The notes: a model not told the origin generated them from the letters alone. 58,425 bases of DNA from Mesotaenium endlicherianum (GCA_009602735.1 WELA01003449.1:481647-540071); one strand, 5' to 3'; numbered from the stretch's first letter, positions 40,591 to 53,330 are shown. Numbers and translations: made by a program.

Positions 40591-40888
40591 GCGCACATTG
40601 CACACATGCACACACAGACTTACACATACATGCACATGCACACACGCGTGCACGTATATATTTGCATGCACGGAATAGTAGCAAGTTAACAGTAAGTCTC
40701 ACCATTATAACTGAAAAGATGACCGGCGCACTTGCTTAATATAAACACATACAAACATATGTAAGGAATCACAACATCCATTGATGTATGTTGAGTGAAA
40801 AAACCATGTGTAGCATCTTCAAGATAGATACATAGGGAGATAGATGAATAAGTAGATATATATATATATTATATAATATACACATTAC

Positions 40889-40963
<75 letters not shown>

Positions 40964-43046
40964 NNNNNNNNNNNNNNNNNNNNNNNNNNNNNNNNNNNNN
41001 NNNNNNNNNNNNNNNNNNNNNNNNNNNNNNGGGGGGAGGGGGGAGGAATATGGAGAGGGCGAGGGCAAGGGAGAGGGAGGGAGAGAGGGAGGGATAAAGG
41101 GAGGGCGAGGGCAAGGAAGAGGGAGAGGGAGAGGGAGGAGGAGGGAGAGAGGCAGAGAGCACACCGCGGCCTCGCTTGGGCGGCCGCACCGACAGCTTCC
41201 TCTCAAGAGAGGAGCCCACCTGCCCCTCCACCTCGCCTTGCCTCTCTGTTGCGACGCCATCTGTCGCCACAGCGCCACCTGTTGCCCGGTTCGCACCTGC
41301 CCCCTTCCCAGTACCGCCCAGAGCCGCCCGGCTCCCCTTCTTCGCAGGCCTGCCCCTTCTTTTCGGTAGCACGACAGGTGGCACGTACCCCTCATCCTGC
41401 TGCTCTTCCCCCATGCCCTCGCTAGTGGCAGCACTCAGATTCTCCGCCCCCGGCTGCCCCTCCCCTTCCCCCTCCTCCGGCTCTTCTTCCTCCTCCTCCT
41501 CCACCGCCGCCTCCGCCTCTACCTCTGGCTCTGCTGGTTGACTCGATCGGACTCGCAAGGCTCTCTTCGCACTCCCGCTCCTCCAGCCAGCAACAGCACT
41601 GCCGCTTTGCACCCCACCCCCCTCGCTCTTCGCACGGCCCCTTTTCCCTGCCGCCTTGTCAGCATCCGCAGCGGCGGCGGCAGCATCGACGTCGTCGTCC
41701 TCTCTGCCGCCCGTCCTGGCCCCAGCAGCGGCCTCCTCGTCGGCCTCGGCCACCGCGCCACCTGCCCTCACAAGCTCCTCCCACGCGCCACCATCCTCAG
41801 GCGTCTTGCCAGGTGTCGCCTCCTCGTCCGCCGCACCACTCTCTCTCTCCACAGCTGGGACCACGACCCGGGGCGTGGCCCCTGCCCTTTCCACCCCCTC
41901 CTCTTCGTCGCCACCTGGCTTGCCCGTAACTCCCTCTTCAAGAGCCTCCTCTGCTGAGTCAGCACCCAGTCCCCTGGGGGGTTCCAGAGCTTCTCGCCCA
42001 ACCTCGTCCCTCTCCTCCTCGCTGTCCGCAACCTTGCCCCCAGCACCCCTGGCCAGCACACCTGGGGAGTCTTCGGCCACCATGTCAGCATTCAGGTGTT
42101 CTCGCTCGGCTCGGAGCCTGGCCAGGCTCTCTGCTCCAGCCTCCACGTCATCAGTGCCCTCCGCCACGGCAGCAGCCGCCACCTCAGCAAGCCCTTCGAA
42201 GCTTGTCAGCCGCTCTGCAGCCACATCAGCAAGTTCGTCATCCCCTTCCCCTCCCTCTTCATTCCTGTCCATGTCAGTCCCTGCCCCCGCCCCCACCTTC
42301 TCCCTCTGATTAGTCTGGAGGAGGTCAGGCCCAGCCAAATCAGGCCTCTCCTGGGAGGGTTCCAGCAGGGCAGGTACATCTGGGCCAGGCTCCATCTGAT
42401 TGTCCCCATCGCGGACCTCTTTAGTGTCCGGAGCAGCATCGCCTGATCTGCCGTCAATCTCCATAGCCTCTGCTGCAGTCACCTGGCGGGGACCACCTTC
42501 GCCACCTGGCAGGCTCTCAGCGTAGCCTGCCACCTCAGCGGTAGGCCCGAGGCCAACCTCACGGGCAACTTCCTCGCCCCCCTGCGGATCCGGGTCACCT
42601 CCACCTACCACCTGGCTCTCAGCCACAGGCTCCTCTGCTTTTGGGGGCAGTGCCTCCCCTCCAGCTGTCGCCTCCATTGCTGCTTCGCTATGAGATTCAG
42701 CAGCCGCCCCTGCTGACTCACCTGGCTTCTCAGCCGGGAGGCCGTTCCCGTCGGGCCCTCCCGCAGGCTGGCCCACTCTGGCCCTCTGTGCAAACGCTCT
42801 CTTAGCGCTGCTGCTCACTTTGCTTCGAAGGCCTCTGCTTCTACCAGGTTGGATGCCCGCTGCAAGATATGCTTGCTCATTGGTTGCGGCTGTAATCTGG
42901 GCAGCAGGGCTGAGGTTGGGAGAGGGGGGAAGGGACTGGGAGGATGTGGCAAGCTGGGACTCGTCTGCCTCCTCTCCTCGTGTTGCCTCTAGCTTGGCTT
43001 TCTTGGGAGGGCGCCCCCTCCTCTTCGGGGTTCCTGTGTCGGACAT
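30269..43046 (-). CDS. DEG9: Deg/HtrA serine protease, Deg9-like (trypsin domain and two PDZ domains) with a long acidic AT-hook N-terminus
   Basis: Eleven in-phase exons on minus: 43046-41165, 39183-38913, 36785-36634, 35330-35131, 34374-34194, 33832-33641, 33036-32804, 32226-32125, 31611-31561, 30958-30854, 30379-30269 (TAG). Motifs [29 protein letters not shown], triad LTSAH / ECDIA / [18 protein letters not shown] and [16 protein letters not shown]. Joining of the first exon is inferred from phase. Confidence 0.9.
30983..31124. repeat. (GA)n microsatellite with assembly gap (representative; many (GT)n, (GA)n, (AT)n and poly-G/C tracts occur in introns)
   Basis: Direct reading; similar tracts near 2956-3025, 35086-35130, 36434-36606, 38268-38309, 39856-39897 and 40890-40962. 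Confidence 0.95.
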
Positions 43047-44766
43047 CCTTAATCTTTACTAATGTATTGTAATTAAATTAATCTGCATTTTTTTTCTATT
43101 TCTACAGGTGCCAGCAAATTTGATGCCCAGACGCTCCAAACTGGTTGATGTTTTTTGGAGGGAGACGAAGAATCTGTCTGGTCGACCGGTGGCTTTGGCG
43201 AGGCCTGCCAGCTGATGTACTGTGGCATATCGAGGAGAAAACTACGGATTTGATGCCGCAGTATGCTCAAATTACATTCTTGTGATAGTCCTAATTGGCA
43301 ATTAAAGAGTATTCATAAAACTCAGACAGGAACTCAGAATGACATGGCCTGCTAAAGTTTGTCTGCGGTTAATTAAGATATCATGCCGCAGCAGCCAATT
43401 ATTTCTGTTAGGAAGAAATTACGGGGAGTAACACCAATCACAATAGGATGTTGGCGACATAATGTGCATCTTATAAAATGAAGACGTATTCATTCATACT
43501 CGACACCAACACCTGAGCTGCAGGTTATCACGAAGAGGAAAATCTGCTCATGGGAATTGAGGCCGAGAAGAAGAAAAAAAAGAGAGCGAATCTAGATGTA
43601 CCAACAAACGCAAAGGTACAGACTATGCCATTTTCCTATGTCAGCAATTCAATATTCAGTACAATTTGACAAAGGGTGAAATTACCAGACTGCCAGACAG
43701 TAGGGAAAACAACAGGATGTACAGTAAATGCAGACAGTACTGGGTTAAATTGTGGCTCAACTCTCATCACATGGTTATGATGTCCATGTAGCTCGTAGGC
43801 TGCGTCTTATTTAAAATGTCACGTACAGAGGACGACCCCAAATTTTTGAGAGAAAAAACGTCTTCGAGCTTGGGGAGCAGGGCCGTGCACGAGGCATGAG
43901 CTTTGGTGTGCACCAAGTTCAGAAATAATACGTTGTTGGACCTCAAGGATTAATGAAACATTTCGGGTTATCATATCAAAATATGATATCGATATCACGG
44001 TCCACGACATGGCACAGGGTTGCTCGATCAAAGTTGTTTCGGGCAAAGGTCTTTGATGCGAGTTAGCGGCGAAGAGGATGCTGCAGCATGCTGCAGAGCC
44101 AATTAATTTCAGCAGGAGATCATTGCAGGGAGCCAGATGTACAGTCAAGGAACAATTGCTCCCTTTTCAGCCTGATACTTTGAACATTGTGGTTAGCTGT
44201 GCTCGTGACTCTATGCAATGCTTTCGACATATTTTTTCTGAGGAAGCGGTGCTGACATGACTACATGTGGAATATTGGAAGGAAGAAGTGCTCCTGGGGG
44301 TATACCATGTGGCTGAAATTTGATAATTAGTGCTCAATTGTAGATTAAGGATTTTTTGAGCTGCACAAGCACGTTAAAAGTTGCGCTTTTGTCGCTTCAC
44401 ACATTCAACTCTCTTTCCTGACGCAGCATCAGTCCATGTAGTGCATGCATCAAGGCGGATTCGAGTGACACCTTATCTAGCCCGAAACGCCAGAACCGCA
44501 GCTGTAATGCGCATGGATGCTAGAGCTTATAGTTGTTACTAAACACGTTCACCTGATGTTTTACTCAGCTTCTGCAGGGGACCGCTTTGTCTATTCGTTC
44601 TCCTGGCCACTTAGGAGGAGCACTGTCAGAATATCTCTGCGATAGTTCTCAACAACAGCGGGCCTTCATGATTCCGAGCTAGTGTGAAAACGCCTTGTGG
44701 CTGACCAGGGAGGGGTAAAATACTTCTAGTTTATAACACTAGCCTGTGCCGCTGAAACGAGAAGAG

Positions 44767-45358
44767 ATGTGGTACTCTGACAAGCCCACCGTTGAGCTGG
44801 AGATCTTCGGACAGAAGCTGAGCATAGTCCAGGACAATACGACGATGCATGTGGGGACCACAGTATGGGAGGCCTCCCTGGTGATGGCCAAGTGGCTCGA
44901 GAAGAACCACAAGAAGGACGGGGAGTTCTCACCCCTCAACCTCCGGGGGAAGCGGGCCATAGAGCTTGGCGCCGGCTGTGGCATAGCAGGTGACCCTTAG
45001 ACATATTTCGTTCCGGATGTCTTTGGCTGCTCTTATCGTGACCTTGCCTCAGCTCGTAAGCTGCCCCTGCTGAATTTGAGACACTTGGTGCATGCAGATA
45101 GACCCACCTACTTTTGAACAGGAGTTTTCATGGGACTATGTGCTGCCAGTTGGTGTCAGCTAAGATGCATGCATGCAGGCTAGCACAAGTTTTAGGTTGG
45201 GAATCTGGGTGTATGTTTGGCACCGTTTCAAGTCCTTGCGCAGGCAATGGCATGCACACAACACACACACAGACACACACACACATGTACAGTGGTATAT
45301 CATATCTGTTTATGTAGACGATATATACACATGATTTGCATCCTTGTAACATATATAC

Positions 45359-45409
<51 letters not shown>

Positions 45410-46618
45410 CGTATATATGATACGCATGTATATGTGGATACATATACATATACGTGTCCTGTTACTGCCATATAGTTGGTTAACTCTCATCAGTGAAGCA
45501 AAGGCATGACACTTAGACACCTTTTTCATCTTTAAATGCTTTATTAGCATATTCAGGGAGATATTGAATATATTAAATTGTTGATGCATGTATCTTCTGT
45601 TATAATATTTATGGCGAAGCACTCCAAGTGGCGTATCTAAAAAGTTTCACATCAGCTGCAGTGGAGGAGCAGTGTGGCATTGGCTCTTTTGGGATTGCTC
45701 TTGATCAAACACCCTGCCCCCCTTCCTCCCCCCAACCCCCAACTCCCCTACTCCCTGCCCTCCTTCGCCCTCTTCTTAATGCTTGTACTTGCACACGCAC
45801 GCGCACACATGGGAAAATATTTCAATACATATTTTAATACACAAGTCTGTATACTTCTGTATGCACACAACGGGGTTGATCTTTTCTGCCTTAAAGTAAG
45901 GCTCGTATGTTCCTGTGATTGAACCACAAAAGAGAACGTGGAAGAAGGGCCGGCAGTCGGCAGGCTACTACTATTTTGAGTCTAAGAAAGGGGAGGGGGG
46001 GCGTAGGTGTGGGGGGGTGCCCTTGGCGCAACCGTGCACGCCCTGCCACTTATCAATGAGCTAGAAACCTCCGGCAAAGTATGTGCTTTGAACCATCAAA
46101 TTCAAGCGGGACATTTCTTGGTTCCCAACAGCTGCATGCTGGGTGGGGCAAGGCAGGGCAACGAGGGGGTATTCCTTTCAGTGGACTGCTTCAACCTCTC
46201 CCCACTCTCCCTCTCACTCCTCCCCCCCTCCACCTCCCCCCCTCACCTCCTCACCTCCAGGGGCTCCCCTCCCCCTCTGCCGCCCCCCTTTGTGAACCTC
46301 AAGTACTTCTGAGCATTTCTAATTTACCCCACCATAGTGTCTTCTGCCAGCTGTCGAGCGTAACTTTCTCGGTGGTGCTGCTTGTGGGCGGCAGCACCTA
46401 CTGTGTCTACTCCTCGTGTTATGCTGCAGTGCGTTTGCCGAGTGCCAGGTGGCGGATGAGCCTCCCCCGTCTTTCCTGGCCTCCCGTCCCTCCCCTGACA
46501 GCAGAGACACAGCAACTGGCTGAAGCGCCCTCTTGGCTTTCATCCTCCCGCCCTNGCAGAAACCTGATATTGGCTTCCACGAACCCAAATCAGCGGCGCT
46601 CTCTGCCCGCGCATGCAT

Positions 46619-46649
<31 letters not shown>

Positions 46650-47695
46650 CGCGAGCGTGTGTCTGCGTGCACGTGTGCGTGCGAGTGTCTCTTCCTGGGC
46701 TTACGCTTGGCGCGCGTTTACCATGTCTAAGCAGTCGCACTCTTTGCTTGTGTGCGTGCGTCTCTGTGTGCGTGCACGTGCGTGTATGCACGACACGTGT
46801 CGCCCGCCCAGGCATGGCGCTGGCGCTGGCGGGGTGCGGCAGCGTGACGATGACAGACATCCCGGCGGTGCTGCCCATCCTGAAGAAGAACGTCAAGCGC
46901 AACCTCGCCAGCCTCAACCCCAAATTCAGGGCGGCGGCCGGGCCAGCTGGCGTCTTCCCGGAAGTCGGCAAGCTGAAGACGGGCCTCCTGTACTGGGGCA
47001 ACCCCAAGCACATCGCCAGCTACACCGACGCCAGCAAGGGTGCAAACCAGGACGCCAGCGAGGACGCCAGCAGGGATGCCAGCAAGGGCGCCAGCAAGGA
47101 CGCCAGCAAAGTCGGCAGCAAGGGCGGCAGCAAGCGGGCTGGCAAGGGCGACGCGGGAGGCAGCAGCAACATCAGCGGCAACAGCAGCGGCCAGGGCGTG
47201 GGCGGGGGTGGAGGGGGCGGGGNNNNNNNNNNNNNNNNNNNNNNNNNNNNNNNNNNNNNNNNNNNNNNNNNNNNNNNNNNNNNNNNNNNNNNNNNNNNNN
47301 NCGGGGGCGGGGGCGCGGGTGGGGCTAGGGGAGCATTTGACGTGGTGGTGGTGGCGGACGTCGTGTACCTGGAGGACATCGTGGAGCCCCTGATATCAAC
47401 GATGCGTGCGCTCGTGGACGAGCGCTCGGTGGTGCTGCTGGGCTACAGCCTGCGGCAGGCGGAGGCGCACGCGCTCTTCTGGGCGGCGCTGCCGCGCGTC
47501 TTCGACGTCGTTGCGGTGCCGCGCGCGGAGCTGCACCTCGAGTACGCGTTTGAGGGCGTGGATCTGCACATCCTGCGGCTGAAGAAGACCGACGCCGCCG
47601 ATGCCGCTGCGGCTGCCGCCGCTGCTCCTGCTGATGCTCCTGAGGCTGCGGCTGCGGCTCCGACTCCGACGTCGGCAGCTGCGGACCCAAGATGA
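44767..47695 (+). CDS. METTL21-family (Methyltransf_16) protein-lysine methyltransferase
   Basis: Exons 44767-44989 and 46812-47695 (N gap inside exon 2). Motifs HVGTTVWEAS, IELGAGCGIAG, VTMTD, LYWG and FDVVVVADVVY. Confidence 0.88.
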
Positions 47696-50504
47696 GGGGC
47701 CGTGCTGCATGTGAAACATGAAGGCAGACGAAAGGTCGAAGACGTGCTGCGTAGCCCCTTTGGTCAAGATGGGGGCCCCTGTTCTGATTGATTCCGTGCG
47801 CTTGTTGCAATTCGAGGCAAGGGTCCAGTCAGATGCAGCACGCAGGCTTCCTCGACCGAGCTAGCTTCTGGCAAGGCTCGACGGGCGCCACGAGGGCCTT
47901 GCTCGCATTGGCCGACGGTGGGAAGTCTTAGCTGTGTCGGATACATGTCTAGCGAGAAAGTGCTGGGTGAGCTGACATTCAACCATGGGTACGAATCATT
48001 CTTATCAGCTAGGCGCAAGACCCTCCTTGCCTTCCCCCTTCCGCTTCCCCCGGTTATATCTTTTCCGGCTGCTTCATCCTCCTTGGGGCCACCCCAAGTC
48101 AGCGATGGCAGAAGCCTTGAACTCCGAGGGACAGTCTCTGCCAACGCGCTCACCACGCCTTGCAGATGCTGTTGCTGGGCAAAGCCAATCGCCCGATGAG
48201 AGTGCGCATGCAAAACGTGCGGCAGTAGATATGGCGGCCCCAATTTTCACGTTTGATTGATAGATTTTTATGAGAACTTAGCCTGTGAGGAGAAGTTAGC
48301 CTGTGTCCAAGGTACTCACAGGCTCGACGTTTGGATCGTGTCAGGTTCATGTCTAGTTGCTGTTCTGAAGGAGAGGTTCTTGGAAGGAGCTGCCCCGGGA
48401 GTGCATATTGCACCTGAAATGTGGGCATGCTGCCAGGCTGGATTGGCTTCTCACTCCGCCCCGGTGGAGGCTGCAAGCACGCTCCGTAGTGCTTGCTATG
48501 AGTTGAGCACGTACCCCCACACAACACACTTATGTACCTGGGTTGCACACGTCAATTGTGATTAGGTCCGTATTTAAGCGTGTGGAGTTGTGACTGAAAG
48601 TTTTGACCTGATTTTAGTATTCTCAGCAAATTCTGACATCCATACGCAGTCGCTTTGTGCCTAAACATCTGCCGCCCAGACATGCACAGGATGACTAGGG
48701 GAGTGCATATGCCACGGTTAGATACTCAGATAAATAACATGAGCTTCGAAACTCCCGACTGAGTGCTCGAGAACATGTGCAGATTGAGCTAGGTCCTCTG
48801 AACAGCACTTCTCTCACAGCAACAAGAGACAACAAGGACTAGCTAGCTGTTCCACGTGCGGCATGCAGGTAGATTTATTGAAAGTACACAATACTTGCAA
48901 ACAATCTCGACTACATCAAAGCATACATGTGCACTTTGTGGGCTAAACAAAGCACACATCTAATATTGAAGGGCACATGTATCGATCCACATTTCAAATT
49001 CATAATAACTCGCTATTCCTACAGGTACTTGGTGAAGTAATTGCCAGGTCCACATGCACCCCTAAGTGCCTGTTTGTAGACACTTAAATAATATTTTGAA
49101 CAAAAACCGCTGTTTTTCTTCAGAATTTGTTGACAATTGTTAGAATGGGTAACTATCTGTGTTACACCCACTTACTCGAAGTTTCAAACTGTAACATGCA
49201 TTATTCCGGAAGATATTCACTTTTTTCACTTGAATGACCAAACTGGTGAAAATTGATAAATTCTACATTTTGTGCTTTGTGCAGCTCTCACTACAGATAC
49301 CACCCCTACTCAATACATGTCGAAATGAGATACAAATTGGTGAGCTTGCAGGTGACCCTAAAACAAAAACATGGGAGGTAAAAAAAGTAAATTTTATTAA
49401 AAGAGGAAGAAGTTATGTCCTCTCAAAGTTGGACAGGTGTCCAACTTCACACGCTTTAAGCTGGTGCGTCCGCAAAATGCGGCAGAGGTGTTGGAACAGC
49501 AAGGAGTTTGTGCAATGACCTTTATAAGGTTCAAATTGATGTACTCACAAAATTTCACACTTGTTCAAAATGTATTGGCTGAGACATGCAAGTTCTAGGG
49601 GTGACATTAAATCTGTCGACAACGCGCAAAAGTACCAATTCTTGTGTGACTTCAGCACTCATGGCAGGTTGCCCCAAGAGTACCACAATGATCCAATGGG
49701 GGTGAAATCTTGTAGGTGAGTGCAGCAATCTTTGATGAACACTCCAAAACTTGAAAAATTGGTTTTCAATATTAAATAGATAACTTATGACCCCTCAAAG
49801 TTGGACGCGTGTCCAGCTTTGCACACTTGAAGCTGCTATGTCGGTAAAATCCGGAGGCTTATGCATTTATTGGTCACCACTTTACATGTATTGGTTCCTA
49901 AGGTGTAAAAGTAAGTAAAGTCAAAGTCTTAGACCTGTTGAATGAGTATAAATTGAATAGTGCAATATCTGAAGTGCTTGAAAAAATCTGCGCAAGAAGT
50001 GCATTTTTCCAAATCAGAGTCTTTTTTTCACAACTTCATTGCACTGTAGTTTCTCACAGTAGGGTCTAATACCCTCATTGTTGGTCCTACATCTCCTGGG
50101 CATACTACAAACACCTCAGGATCTGCAATACTACGTTTGGTGACATATGTGTACCACTTACGTAAGAGAAAAATGAAGTTTTAGAAAAGCAATACTGCAT
50201 TTTTCTGCACTCTTGTACATTGCTTGTGGACATTGGAAGTTAAGGTTCTTATTGTTTCTACATTCTCATGCCTGCTTCCTACACAGGTACGAGCAAAGAA
50301 ATCACTCTTTTTTTTTCCGGACAGTAATTGATTAATCACATTTCAGTGAAGACAATTTAAAAAAAATGGAAATCTTATCTTGGATTGCCTGTATAAGGGA
50401 CACCCTCCTATCTACCATCTACCAGGCTGGGTACTTATACCCCCTAAAACCCGAAACATACAAAAGTAATGGGACTGTAAAGTGGGCTCAGCTATAATGT
50501 ATAG

Positions 50505-52156
50505 GCTAGGGCTATCACAGGAGAAATACAGCTTCTGCTCAACCTCCTCTCTAAGACCTACAGTCCAGAGATGGGACTATGGAATCCCAACGTTATATCA
50601 GACAGCAGCTCCCTAGAGATGCCCAAGCTGCTATTGCAAAAATGAAACCTGATGTGTATGCAAAGCTGGATCCTTGACAGGAAGCAAGAGAAAACAGAGT
50701 GACTCTATCCTTGGGGGAGACAGTAAGACAGAGGATAATTACTCTAGGTTTATTGTGCCCAGAGGGCCGTGTGGTAAGAGTGCAGCTAATAGGAGATGCT
50801 TCAGAATGGTATCGGAAAGTCATTCAGACCACTATGGCATGCAAGCTACTGACAAAGGACAACAGGTCTATGGCAAATTCTGCATTCAACAATTGCACCA
50901 TCCTAGTCTTTAAGGGCGACGACGACTACGTTAGCATTGCCACTCATGCGGAGAGACTCTTAGACGAGATGGAGCTACTAAGGAAAAACGGTGTGATGGT
51001 TGGAGGCGTGAAGTACATCATAAAGTTCTACCAGGGAGGAGACTATAAGTTCAGCAATGGACTCTTTGGGTTGAGCGGAGCTAGCTAAACATACCCGTGC
51101 CTCTGGTGTTATGTCACAAGTGATGACATCAAGGAGAGATGCGAGGCCGACCAAGCTCGCACATTGGCTGAGATGCAGGTTGCAGCCCACTGTGCAGATC
51201 ACGACAATCTTCCAATGACCTGCCCACACTGTGCGAAGACTTTGAGAATTGTATCAGACCTGCAACAAGATACAATGAAGACAACACGAGGCAGACCAAA
51301 AAAGGAGAGCACTCATGCGAGACTACAATATCAGAAGGTCACAAAGGACAGCGCCATAAGAAGGCACCATTGCTAAAAATAGAGCCTGCTGATTGTGTGC
51401 CGTGCAGCTTCATGTGCTACTAAGAGTAACCTCAACACTTTCTGAAAGAACTATTCATCCACATATTCCACCAGGAGCAGATGCAACTCAACAATTTTTT
51501 GAAGTACTATAGAAGGAGGTGGGAGTGACTACGTCTACAACTGCAGTTGCAGCATATGCAAAGACAGAGACCAAAAACAGGGCCCCAAAGCCTACCTTCA
51601 TAGGTCGAGAGTGTCGCCTATTCATAGAGCGGGTGGAGAAAGTGACAAAGGACCTCCTCTCTTCTCCAGATGATGTTGCGTTGAAAAACGCAACAAGACA
51701 TACAGAAGACATGGGATTGCTATCGTGAGTGCATGGGAGGGGGCACTATTGGATCCTCTGCCAGAGACAGACTCGCATGAAGCGAGGGAAGCAAAAGCTG
51801 CAAGGGTCCAACACCTGGCAGTGGAGTTTGAAGAGGCATATGTGAAAGCGGCAGCCGCACATCACATCACAAAGTACATGCACATCTGAAAAGCACACAG
51901 ACCAGCGATGATAGTAAGGCATGGAGACTTGGATCAGTTTAGTGGTGAGGGCATTGAGGCTCTACATCACTGGAGAAAAAAAACCAACACTAATAGAAGG
52001 AAATATGGAGTGGACAAGCTAGGCAGGCGATACACATTGGGCAGGTTAGCACAGAGTACAGGCCAAGAGGCATGTAGAAGGGCCATAGTAGGTATGGTAC
52101 CTTTGTCCAGAGATGAACGACAAAAAAGGAAGAGGGCACAACTTGGTATGCAATAG
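50505..52156 (+). pseudogene. RAG1/Transib/Chapaev-type DDE transposase, disrupted by stops and frameshifts
   Basis: Ordered motifs VRVQLIGDA (D 50795), FYQGGDYKF (D 51041), GLSGAS*TYPCLWC (51098-51109), HKGQ..PLL, PCS-HVLLRV, FIGRECRLFI, ITKYMHI*KAH (51881-51898) and HGDLDQFSGEGIEALH (E 51956). The start is uncertain. Confidence 0.8.
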
Positions 52157-52269
52157 CTACTTAGCAAGTATGGAATCGAAGCTAGCTAGGAGCAGCACAT
52201 ATGCAAATGTTACTTAATCTAAATTATGATCAACATGGTCATTCATGCATTTGTACATACATACACAAG

Positions 52270-53330
52270 TTAAGCAGGCTGGATATTTACCAGTGATATA
52301 GTTTTAGCTCTCTTCCTTGTCTTGCTCCCCGTACATGAGAAGCATATTTGATGAGGAGCTTTCAAAGAGTACTTTGCGGCAACCTTGGCCCGGACCTCTT
52401 TCATCATTGCCCTTGCTTCTAAGTTAGCAACTCTAGCAGCTGAGAGAGGTTGAGGTTGCCACATGAGAGCCCTCTCTGCTGCCTTCTCCTCATCACTCAC
52501 AAGTGCCCTCCTCTCATCTGCTTCTAAGTCCCTGGCAGCCCTTCTTTTGGCTTCCGCCTCTTGTGCTTCAAGCACACCCCTTTCTATGCTCTCTTTTTCT
52601 CTCTGGAGACCCTCTATTTCCAACTGCAGTAAAGAATGCTTAGCCGCAGATCTGCTTGTAACATATGATCCTTAACTTGTACCCCATGCTCTAGCATTTG
52701 CGCTGGATAATGAGCCAATCTAAGCACTATATGCCTCCTGCAATCGCCTATATCATGGGAGGCATGCCACTTCATACTGTCATAACAATGATCAGGTCCT
52801 AGAAGGACACATCCCCCTCTATCTAAAAGGGCAGAGGAAAACTTAAATGTAAGACTTACCTGACCAGATTCATTTTTCCTCCAGTCCATATAAAATGGAG
52901 GAACTATCCCCACTATCTCTCCAGATCCTCGAAATATCTTAGCAGCACCCCACCCAACCCCTCTTTGTACATGTTGAAACTCACAAAGACTGTTCAGATC
53001 CTGCAGTGACTAGCACACTCTCCTAATTGATCTTGAAATAAAAGGGTCACTCTTAAAATTTTGGTGAGCAACCTCTTCACCAAAGTTTTCAAACAAGCCT
53101 TAAAATAGCTCTTGTGGGACATTCTTGTATTCTAACGTTACTCTGGGGGACTGCATCTATTCTCTTGAACAATCTCTTCTGGTAGTTCTTAAGCCACACA
53201 TGGGGGTTCACCTCCACACATAGGGGTTCACCTCCACGGCCGTTGTGAACAACTTACCACAATCACAACTTCTAGCCTCTAGTGCTCGCTGAACTCCACA
53301 GTTGCTGCAGAACTTGGGCACTTTAGCCAT
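52270..53330 (-). pseudogene. Second transposon gene of unknown function (N-terminal CxxC..CxC motif, C-terminal coiled coil)
   Basis: ATG at 53330 gives MAKVPKFCSNCGVQRALEARSCDCGK; a 20-bp tandem duplication (~53194-53237) breaks the frame; coding-like fragments 52913-52614 and 52623-52270 follow on the same strand. Confidence 0.55.

Noticed and set aside
41176..43062. Plus-strand ORFs such as 41656-42309
   Set aside because: Antisense shadows of the GC-rich Deg9 first exon.
52270..53330. Calling the partner gene RAG2-like
   Set aside because: No kelch GG/W repeats or PHD pattern visible; only the orientation is similar.
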